From positions 1 to 33,160 of IMG/VR virus record IMGVR_UViG_3300011102_000489: 33,160 bases of DNA, one strand, 5' to 3'. The notes beneath the pieces were generated by a model. The model saw only the letters and a program-made list of their open reading frames with translations, was not told where the DNA came from and ran no database searches. The position numbers and the translations under genes are program-made. Each line of letters opens with the position of its first letter. Within the stretch, counting starts at the first letter, position 1. This DNA comes from a virus (lineage: Duplodnaviria; Caudoviricetes). Below are positions 1-6,865 of the stretch, in pieces.

Positions 1-678
1 CGGGTTGGTCTTGGCCAGCTCCACGCGCTCCTTCTCGGAAAGCTCCTTGAAGGACTTGGTGGCACCGCCACCCTTGCCACCACCGCCGGAACCTCCGCCG
101 TTGGCCTGGCTGCCGCGAATGATCGCAGCGTACTTCTTGTTGGCGCGAAACTCCTCGCGGAGCTCGTCGATCGTCGTCGCGCTGAGCTCGCCGTTGGCGT
201 CCAGCACGCGGGTCTCGCCGTTTTCCGCCTTGAGCCGCTTGCGAATGAGGTCGACCAGCAGCTCCGGCGCGTCGCTCAGCTCGGCGGCCATCGTCTCGGC
301 GACGTTGTCGACCAGCAACTTGCTGATCTGCGCGTCGCGCTCGGCGAGGGCCTGCTGGTGCTTCTGTTCGAGCTTCGCGATCTTGTCCTTGTAGGACTGT
401 TCGAGCGCGGCGATGTCGCCCTTCTTACGGGACTTGTCGTCGTTGTTGTTCTCGACTTCGGCACGGAAGTCTTCGAACTCCTGGCGCAGTTCCTTCAGCT
501 CCTTTTCCGCCTTCTTGCGGGCTTCCTTCTCGTAGTCCTTCGCCCGCTTCAGCGCAGCCGGGTCTTCGTAGCCGTCGAGGTTGAGGTAGAACTTGCCATC
601 CCGCTCCTCGTAGAACCCGTGCAGCGACTCATCGAGGCCGTCCAGGTTGTCCAGTTGCATCTTCAACTTCGTGCTCAT
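1..678 (-). CDS. Capsid scaffolding protein (3' end runs off window)
   Basis: ATG at 678, frame open to base 1: MSTKLKMQLDNLDGLDESLHGFYEERDGKFYLNLDG..., coiled-coil core and Gly-rich GGGSGGGGKGGG near the C-terminus. Lies directly after portal and gp7-like genes. Absent from the ORF track because it has no stop in the window. Confidence 0.8.
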   Translation of the reverse strand, partial: MSTKLKMQLDNLDGLDESLHGFYEERDGKFYLNLDGYEDPAALKRAKDYEKEARKKAEKELKELRQEFEDFRAEVENNNDDKSRKKGDIAALEQSYKDKIAKLEQKHQQALAERDAQISKLLVDNVAETMAAELSDAPELLVDLIRKRLKAENGETRVLDANGELSATTIDELREEFRANKKYAAIIRGSQANGGGSGGGGKGGGATKSFKELSEKERVELAKTNP

Positions 679-698
679 GAGAGACTCTCTCTTTGTGA

Positions 699-857
699 TT
701 ACCGCGACACGCGGCGGGAAGTGATGTCCGGCTCAGGACCGCCGCCGTTGCAACGGGCGGGACCAGGATCTGTGATCACAGGATCGTCCTCGTCGTTGAG
801 ACCAGGGCGCGTGTGAATCACATCGTCCTCGTTCAAGTTTTGTGACTGTGCGTTCAT
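699..857 (-). CDS. Possible 52-aa small protein (or a non-coding leader)
   Basis: Hand translation MNAQSQNLNEDDVIHTRPGLNDEDDPVITDPGPARCNGGGPEPDITSRRVSR*. No SD; the ATG sits right after a predicted -10, so it may be leaderless. Confidence 0.3.
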   Translation of the reverse strand: MNAQSQNLNEDDVIHTRPGLNDEDDPVITDPGPARCNGGGPEPDITSRRVSR

Positions 858-865
858 CGGGCGAG

Positions 866-902
866 ATCCTATACCGGCTAAACCTCTGTGAGAACAGCTG
901 TG
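866..902 (-). promoter_or_regulatory. Putative late promoter upstream of scaffold/capsid genes
   Basis: Minus strand CACAGCTG-TTCTCA-N17-TAGGAT; same architecture as the element upstream of terS. Confidence 0.55.
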
Positions 903-1964
903 TTATTCGTCGTCGATTCCTGCACGCCTGAATGCCAGAGGCTCCAATTTTCGCATCTCATCCAGGCTCAGCGGCTCGAAAGTCGAGTTCAGCTGCAGCT
1001 GGGCGAAGCGCTCGGCAGACAGGCCACCGTCCCGGAAGAGCTTGCCACGGACCGGCCCCAGCACCGTGTCCTGGAACTGTGCAGACTGCGTCTTGAGCCA
1101 CTCGTAGTATGTGAGCGAGCCCTTCACCGGGCCGTCTTGTGATGCACGGGTCAGGATGTCACTGAGGTTCTCCAGGCCTGGGATGATGGCCACAGTTGTG
1201 CTGCGGCAATTCATGTGGATAGGCGGGCGCGGGCCCTTGCCGATGGTGAACACCTGACCGTCGAGGCTGCGACACTGTGACGACGTGCGGCTGTCAAGCG
1301 TCGACACCCAACGGTACTGGGTGATGTCGTTCTCTTCCCACGTCGCCTCGCGGGCCTGGTTCGACACGTGTTGCACCGACGTCCGCACCAGCGTGGCGGT
1401 GTGGCGGCCGAGCGCCTTCATCAGACCGTCGTTGTAGTTCAGCTTCTTGGTGCCACGAATCACGCGCGCAATTTCATCGTTGGTCCAGCCTTCGCTGTAG
1501 CCACGCATGATGACCTTGTTGATCGTGCTCACTTCACGCTTGGTCATCTCGCGGATGAATGGCTCGAGCAAGTCACCGGTGGCGCTGAGTGGCACTGCGG
1601 TCGCGTTCGCCCATGCCGCTTTGGCGGTAGCTGCAGCGATCGTCACGCCACGCGGCGTCTGAGCAGTGAGCGACGTGGCCTCGAACTTCGACTCGTACGC
1701 CGCGATGTTGCGCAAGCGACGCAGCAGCTTGTCCTGGGCCTGGGCCAACGCCGCGTCTTGCGCTGCGCGCAGCTCGCGAAGCAAGCCGTTCAGACGAGCA
1801 CGCGTAAGGCCCTGGACGGGCTCACCAAGCTTGGCCAGCGTCTCTCGCACTTGGCGCTCGAGGATGGGAATCAGCTTGTTGAACTCGCGGGCCTCGGCCG
1901 CCTTGAGCCGCTCCAGCATGATCTGGTGGCGGACTGCCGAGTTGGTCAGGTCGGAGCGCGCCAT
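903..1964 (-). CDS. Head morphogenesis / minor capsid protein (SPP1 gp7, Mu F family)
   Basis: Motifs YRWVSTLDSRTSSQCRSLDG and PPIHMNCRST; follows the portal gene. Confidence 0.9.
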   Translation of the reverse strand: MARSDLTNSAVRHQIMLERLKAAEAREFNKLIPILERQVRETLAKLGEPVQGLTRARLNGLLRELRAAQDAALAQAQDKLLRRLRNIAAYESKFEATSLTAQTPRGVTIAAATAKAAWANATAVPLSATGDLLEPFIREMTKREVSTINKVIMRGYSEGWTNDEIARVIRGTKKLNYNDGLMKALGRHTATLVRTSVQHVSNQAREATWEENDITQYRWVSTLDSRTSSQCRSLDGQVFTIGKGPRPPIHMNCRSTTVAIIPGLENLSDILTRASQDGPVKGSLTYYEWLKTQSAQFQDTVLGPVRGKLFRDGGLSAERFAQLQLNSTFEPLSLDEMRKLEPLAFRRAGIDDE

Positions 1965-1967
1965 GGC

Positions 1968-3506
1968 TTACTCCTCGTCACCGTTGCCACCGTCGTTGTC
2001 TCCGCCACTGAAACCGTTGCCGCCTCCAACGCCGAACATCGCGGCCTGAGTCTCCAGGTCCTTAGCCGTCTGCTGGGCGACCTCCTCCTGGTACTCTTCG
2101 TCCTTCTGCGTGGCGACGCCCGCACGGCGCAGGATGGCGCGGTACTCGGTGGTGGAGATGGCACCGGCTTGCCACTCAGCGAGCAGCTGGCGGCGCTGGT
2201 CAGCGGTCATGCGGCTGATCTCGAAGTCGGTGTTCAGCTCGTACGCGATGTCGTCGGTCACCGGGGCGCCAGCGAACATGGCGGCCCAGCGCAGGCAGCG
2301 GGTATAGCCGGCCGAGACGTTCTTGGCGCAGCTCATCAGCACCGAAGCCTCACTCGCTTCGTCCATCTGTGCCTCGCCCAGAGTGCGCGTCCCGGTCCTC
2401 GGCTCGACGAGCTTTGCGCCAAGTGCCTTCATCTGCTCTTCCTTGTGCTTCATCGCCTCGAAGACCAGCGTGTTGGGGGCTGGTTGCAGCAGCTCAGCAC
2501 TGCCGCCCGGTGGCAGCGGAATGGGGCTGCGCGAACCCATGGCCACGCCGTGCGGGTAGATCTCCTTGTTGCCCCACACCTCTTCGATCCACTCCTTGGT
2601 CATGCCGGCGAAGACGGGCGTGGGCTGGCCGACGATGAACACCGACTCTTCGTGGTCTGCGCTGTTGCGATAGTGCGCGAGGTTCAGGTTGGCCATGTCC
2701 TCGAGTGGCGCGTCGTCGATGCCAGGGTCGTTGTTGTCGCTGCCCACGATGACGAACGGAATCTCGGTGAACGGCCTCGCCTGCGCGTCGACAGGCATGC
2801 TGCTCAGCTCGGGCACAATGATAAACGCGCCAGCCTCGTTCTTGCGGTAGACCTGCACGACGTACCGGCCCTCGTCGTCATCGTTGTCGCGCACGAGCCG
2901 CAGGACTCGCCACTGGTCTGCTTCCTCCTTCTTGAAGCCATCGTCCTTCTTGGTGTACTTCTCGAGCAGCACGACGAGCGTCAGCTTGCGCTGGCCCTTG
3001 ACCATCTCGACACGCCAGTTGATGATCTGCTCGGCGAAGTAGTACTGCACCGACGGCTTGATGCGGCCTTCAAGCAGGTCGGCACGGGTGGGGCGCGTGA
3101 GGCGGCCCTCGATCCGCGGATAGTCGGTCAGCAGGCCGAGGCGACCAACGCTCAACGCGTCGCTGAGGGCCTGGCGACTCTGCTGCTCGATCGAGACCGC
3201 GCCGCCGTCAATGTCGTCCTGCAGCGGCTCGAGCAGCTCCGGCACCGTGAGCACCGGAGGCTTGGCCATCACCTGGCCGATCATTCCCTTCAGCGTGCGC
3301 TTGGTGACACCGTAGAAGACCGCTCGCTGAGCGTAGGCGATGTTGCGGTCGATGTTGACCTGGCTCTTGTCTGACGGCATGATGTACGGCAGGTACTTGC
3401 CACGCCTCTTGATTGCCATTTCGCCGTTGATGACGTCGCGGATGCGCTGCCAGGTCTCGAGCGCCTCGGTGACCTCGGGCAGGACGTAGTCGATGTTCTC
3501 GGCCAT
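1968..3506 (-). CDS. Portal protein (DUF4055-type)
   Basis: 512 aa between terL and the gp7-like gene; PLEDMANLNLAHYRNSADHEE and IPFVIVG motifs typical of this portal family. Confidence 0.88.
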   Translation of the reverse strand: MAENIDYVLPEVTEALETWQRIRDVINGEMAIKRRGKYLPYIMPSDKSQVNIDRNIAYAQRAVFYGVTKRTLKGMIGQVMAKPPVLTVPELLEPLQDDIDGGAVSIEQQSRQALSDALSVGRLGLLTDYPRIEGRLTRPTRADLLEGRIKPSVQYYFAEQIINWRVEMVKGQRKLTLVVLLEKYTKKDDGFKKEEADQWRVLRLVRDNDDDEGRYVVQVYRKNEAGAFIIVPELSSMPVDAQARPFTEIPFVIVGSDNNDPGIDDAPLEDMANLNLAHYRNSADHEESVFIVGQPTPVFAGMTKEWIEEVWGNKEIYPHGVAMGSRSPIPLPPGGSAELLQPAPNTLVFEAMKHKEEQMKALGAKLVEPRTGTRTLGEAQMDEASEASVLMSCAKNVSAGYTRCLRWAAMFAGAPVTDDIAYELNTDFEISRMTADQRRQLLAEWQAGAISTTEYRAILRRAGVATQKDEEYQEEVAQQTAKDLETQAAMFGVGGGNGFSGGDNDGGNGDEE

Positions 3507-3521
3507 GGTACTGGTTCCTCG

Positions 3522-5084
3522 TTAGTAGGGCTTCAGGGAGCGAATGTCGGTGGCGAAGTCAGAGTCGACATCGAGCACCATGTAGCGAATGTCATCGTAG
3601 AAGTGGTCTTCGGCGTCCGTGTCCACGTCATCCATGTTGTTTTCATCGCGGGGCAGCGTTGGCAGACCGGCAATCGAGATGCGGCAGTTGTCCATGAAGT
3701 AGATGCCGCGGCCCTCGCCCTCAATCGATGCTTCCAGGCGATCGCGCAGCAGCTGCAGGCCGATGGCGCGCGAGCCGACGGACTTGTCGCTCTCCTTCCA
3801 AGTCACGCCTTCCTCGTTGAACTTCTTCTCGATGCTGGGCACGTCGCTCTCGCGTACATCGCGGATCTGGTTGTCAGCGGGGCCAGGCTCGACCTTGCGT
3901 CCAATCCAACCTTCCTTCAGCAGGTGGCGCTCGATGACCTTGATACCAGTGGCGATGTCCTTCGTGCTGAACTTCACGCCTTGGTTGAAGCCCAGCTCGC
4001 CGCTCTTCGGGACGAGGCCGCCGACGGACTTGGTTGCGCCCTTGCTGCCGTACCACTCATAGATGCGGATGAGCGACTTCGGCGCGAAGCGACGCGTGGT
4101 GCCATCTGGCATGCGCACCTCTTCGCCATTGCTCTCCGCCCACCAGCCCACGCTGAACGGGTGCGTGGAGCCCCAGTCGAACGAGCGGCGGATCCTCCAG
4201 CTCGGCGGCACCTTGAAGCGGGGCAGCACATGGACATCGCGCCTCCAGACGTCGTCCAACGCACCGCCGGCCACGATGTCCCAGTCGCCATGCAGCCACG
4301 CACGACGCTTGTTCTCGTCCGTGATGGACTCCAGCTCGGCGATGTACTCCGGCGGGAGGTAGATGTTCTCCTTGTAACTGCCGAAGATGCGGACCTGGTA
4401 CTTGCGAATGGTCTCGCGCTGCTGCGTGCGTGGGTTGAAGACGTTGATCTCGCGCACGACGGGCACGCCGGGCTCGGCCGGGTCGATGAACATGCGCTTG
4501 ACCCACATGTGCCCGACGCCGTAGGGGTTCGTAGTGGCGAAGACCTCAAGCGGAATGGGCGGCAGTATGCGCATCTCGCCGGTCTCCATATCGATGGGCG
4601 AGTGCAGCGCCGGCACAAAGGAGGTACGGTTCGTCGACATCATCGCTTCGAAGAGGTCGCCGTTCATGTACTTCGTGAGCTCGTTCCAACCGATGAAGGG
4701 GAACTCGTGGCCGTGGTAGTTCCAGTAGTCACTAGGCTTCTTCACCACGCGGAACAGCAGCTCTTCGCCCGTCGGCCACACCCACTTGTAATCGGCCTTG
4801 GACGACATGAACTTGGCGCCGTCGTTGAACTGCGGGAACCAGCGCATCGACTTTTGCACGAGGTCGTCGAGGTTCTTGTACTCGCGGTCCATGATGATGC
4901 CGCGCCAGAAGCGGCCGTACCCCTTGCCCACGAGGCGGCGAAAGCGCATCAGCTGTGCGTCGGTCTTGCCTGGCCCGCGAGTGCCCTCGTACAGAATCAC
5001 GTGCGCGGGGCACGCAATAGCGAGGGCCTGGCTGCCGGGCAGCGGGCGCCAGATGACGTTGGGTCCATTGCCGTCAGCCGTCAC
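3522..5084 (-). CDS. terL: Terminase large subunit
   Basis: Walker A GTRGPGKT, Walker B IGWNELT, TTNPYGVGH coupling motif, RNase H-like FDWGS...EDHFYDDIRY. Start trimmed to GTG 5084, which has SD AGAGGT and a GTGA overlap with the terS stop (520 aa). Confidence 0.95.
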   Translation of the reverse strand: MTADGNGPNVIWRPLPGSQALAIACPAHVILYEGTRGPGKTDAQLMRFRRLVGKGYGRFWRGIIMDREYKNLDDLVQKSMRWFPQFNDGAKFMSSKADYKWVWPTGEELLFRVVKKPSDYWNYHGHEFPFIGWNELTKYMNGDLFEAMMSTNRTSFVPALHSPIDMETGEMRILPPIPLEVFATTNPYGVGHMWVKRMFIDPAEPGVPVVREINVFNPRTQQRETIRKYQVRIFGSYKENIYLPPEYIAELESITDENKRRAWLHGDWDIVAGGALDDVWRRDVHVLPRFKVPPSWRIRRSFDWGSTHPFSVGWWAESNGEEVRMPDGTTRRFAPKSLIRIYEWYGSKGATKSVGGLVPKSGELGFNQGVKFSTKDIATGIKVIERHLLKEGWIGRKVEPGPADNQIRDVRESDVPSIEKKFNEEGVTWKESDKSVGSRAIGLQLLRDRLEASIEGEGRGIYFMDNCRISIAGLPTLPRDENNMDDVDTDAEDHFYDDIRYMVLDVDSDFATDIRSLKPY

Positions 5085-5683
5085 TTGGTCACCTCTTTCT
5101 TGAGCAGCTGCTGCGACTGCTGTGCGATCTCGGCCCACTTCTCCATGCTCTGTGCGAGCGGGACCTCCATGACGCCAGGCTGCTTGCTCGGGTCGTTGTG
5201 GCCAGTACCCGGGGCGCGCTTCTCCGGCTGCAGCTTGCTCGCGAAGTACGGGGCGGCAGACTTGGCGGCCTCCATGCGGTCGGCGAACGTGGGCAGCACG
5301 ATGACTTCGATGATCTCCTGGGTCTCGCTGTCGTAGGCGAAGTGGTTGATCTGCTCGCCTCGCATCACAGCCAGCAGCCACTCGTGGGGCAGCATGCCAC
5401 TGGCACGGGCCTCTTCAACAGTCTGCGCGCTGATTCGTTCGCGTCGGTTGCGGAGCTTGGCGGTCTCCTTGCTCATGCCCTCCAAGGTGTTGGGATCTTC
5501 ACCACGCGGGCGCCGACCATTCGGCTGCTTCGGCTGTGCCCTGCGGGGAGGAGTCTTCCGGATCTTCGGTTGACGAGGGCGCTCGTTGGCCACGTACGAC
5601 GCTTCAACGGGCTTCGACACCTTGGCTCCGGGCTTTTGCGTGCGCACTGCGCTCGGCTTTGAGGTGGCGGGCTTATGTGACAT
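5081..5683 (-). CDS. terS: Terminase small subunit (putative)
   Basis: Translationally coupled directly upstream of terL; basic N-terminus and RMEAAKSAAPY helix of the type seen in small terminases. Start chosen at ATG 5683. Confidence 0.7.
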   Translation of the reverse strand: MSHKPATSKPSAVRTQKPGAKVSKPVEASYVANERPRQPKIRKTPPRRAQPKQPNGRRPRGEDPNTLEGMSKETAKLRNRRERISAQTVEEARASGMLPHEWLLAVMRGEQINHFAYDSETQEIIEVIVLPTFADRMEAAKSAAPYFASKLQPEKRAPGTGHNDPSKQPGVMEVPLAQSMEKWAEIAQQSQQLLKKEVTK

Positions 5684-5719
5684 GCGACTCGCTCTGTGCA
5701 CAGTTGTAGACGTGCGTGG

Positions 5720-5770
5720 ACTCTAAGGCGCATGAGACCCTATGAGAACAGGCCTGTGAATGTGATCACA
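5720..5770 (-). promoter_or_regulatory. Putative late promoter of the packaging operon, with upstream TGTGA-N6-TCACA dyad
   Basis: Minus strand CACAGGCCTG-TTCTCA-N17-TAGAGT; TGTGA(5755-5759)-N6-TCACA(5766-5770). Confidence 0.55.
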
Positions 5771-5886
5771 AAGTGAACGTCCCTGATGGCGAGGGTGATT
5801 CATTTTCTCGCGCGCGCGTCTTTCTGTGGGGCCGGTGACAATCATCAGGCCGAAGCTGCAAAGCTGCCGAAGGCAGTGAGCTGTGC

Positions 5887-6018
5887 TGTAGCAGTAACAG
5901 AAAAAGGGTAGCCCTATCTATTTACTATCTATCCTCTTCTTACTACTATTTCTTCTATTGAGAAGTAGGGGGCTAAAGAAGAAAAGAGAGGATGGTTCTT
6001 TTTCTGTATTCTGCTACA
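5887..6018. repeat. AT-rich imperfect inverted repeat at the strand switch (candidate ori or packaging site)
   Basis: TGTAGCAGTAACAGAAAAAG (5887-5906) vs CTTTTTCTGTATTCTGCTACA (5998-6018); the interior is pyrimidine-rich then purine-rich and much more AT-rich than the flanks. Confidence 0.6.
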
Positions 6019-6044
6019 TCACATTCTGCCTGAGGAGGTACGTC

Positions 6045-6554
6045 GTGAGCAATGAAATTGTGGAAGCGCTGGAGCGGATTTCCCGCGAGCTGATGGGCTC
6101 GAAGCGTCGCAAGCTCGAGCCTGAGTTCAAGCTGCTGAGTGACGCGCTTGGCCTAGATCCTTCGCTGACCAAGCATCTGAGTTGGCCACTGCCGTCGTGG
6201 CCGAAGCGCGGAGAGGCGGCGAGTTCGAAGGACGACGAGCTGCGTTACTTGGTGGACTTCGGTTACGGCGACCAGCCTGACCACCGCAACTACCTCGCCT
6301 CGTTCGAGGAGGTTCGACAGCTGCTGCGCTACACCAGGGACTCTTGCAAGGTCGCCTTTGGCATCGGTCGCGGCAAGGTCGATCGCACGCAGCGGCCTAC
6401 CCGCCTCGGCCCTTGCGTCATCCACCGTCTGCCGATGGCCGTCGACATTGAGAAGTACCCGGGCGCGTTGCGGCTGAGTGACCGCGAGCTGGAGCTCTTC
6501 CCGCCGGCCCGTCCGGACGGTCGCAAGACCTACGTCCGCGGCAACAAGTACTAA
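6045..6554 (+). CDS. Hypothetical protein (169 aa)
   Basis: GTG after strong SD CTGAGGAGGT; phage-like codon usage; ends in GNKY. Confidence 0.75.
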   Translation: MSNEIVEALERISRELMGSKRRKLEPEFKLLSDALGLDPSLTKHLSWPLPSWPKRGEAASSKDDELRYLVDFGYGDQPDHRNYLASFEEVRQLLRYTRDSCKVAFGIGRGKVDRTQRPTRLGPCVIHRLPMAVDIEKYPGALRLSDRELELFPPARPDGRKTYVRGNKY

Positions 6555-6596
6555 TTTCGCATGCCCTGAGAGGCTCTGGTCATGTTTTCGTTCAGG

Positions 6597-6626
6597 TTTA
6601 CGGCGAGACGTCGAACGCGCTAAATT
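6597..6626 (+). promoter_or_regulatory. Sigma70-like promoter
   Basis: TTTACG-N18-TAAATT, matching the TTTACR -35 class used elsewhere in the window. Confidence 0.45.
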
Positions 6627-6632
6627 AGCCTT

Positions 6633-6755
6633 CGTCGCCGCCCCGCCGCGTCGTTCCGCCTGCCGTCGTCCGAGCCGCTCCCCCGGCCGCGATGCCTGCA
6701 AAGCGATCACGCACCTCCTCAGCAAAGGCCGCGCGGGGCGGCGACTCCTTCTTTT
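6633..6755 (+). ncRNA. Candidate structured small RNA or leader with an anti-SD segment
   Basis: Perfect 13-bp closing stem GTCGCCGCCCCGC (6634-6646) / GCGGGGCGGCGAC (6733-6745) followed by TCCTTCTTTT; internal ACCTCCTCAGCAAA; begins just after a predicted -10. Confidence 0.5.
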
Positions 6756-6865
6756 GGACCCCGCAGCTGAGTGCGAGGTTCGAAGCCCGTGGTGACCCCA
6801 ACGCTGAGGAGCGGGCAGTGTAATTGCGCCGGTGTCACCAGGCGGCGCGCAGGTGGACGACAACT

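Noticed and set aside
1368-5336. Long plus-strand ORFs (668 aa, 577 aa) opposite portal and terminase, and similar antisense ORFs elsewhere
   Set aside because: These are shadow frames of high-GC3 genes, with no motifs or RBS.
5085-5381. N-terminal extension of TerL given in the ORF track
   Set aside because: It overlaps terS out of frame; GTG 5084 has an SD and stop-start coupling.
6153-6710. Minus-strand ORF after GCTGAGGAGG read as an RBS
   Set aside because: Only 3 nt separate GGAGG from GTG, the product is Arg-rich shadow-like sequence, and it is antisense to a well-supported gene.
6740-6800. tRNA-like GGTTCGAAGCC T-loop
   Set aside because: I could not build an acceptor stem, D-arm and anticodon arm around it.
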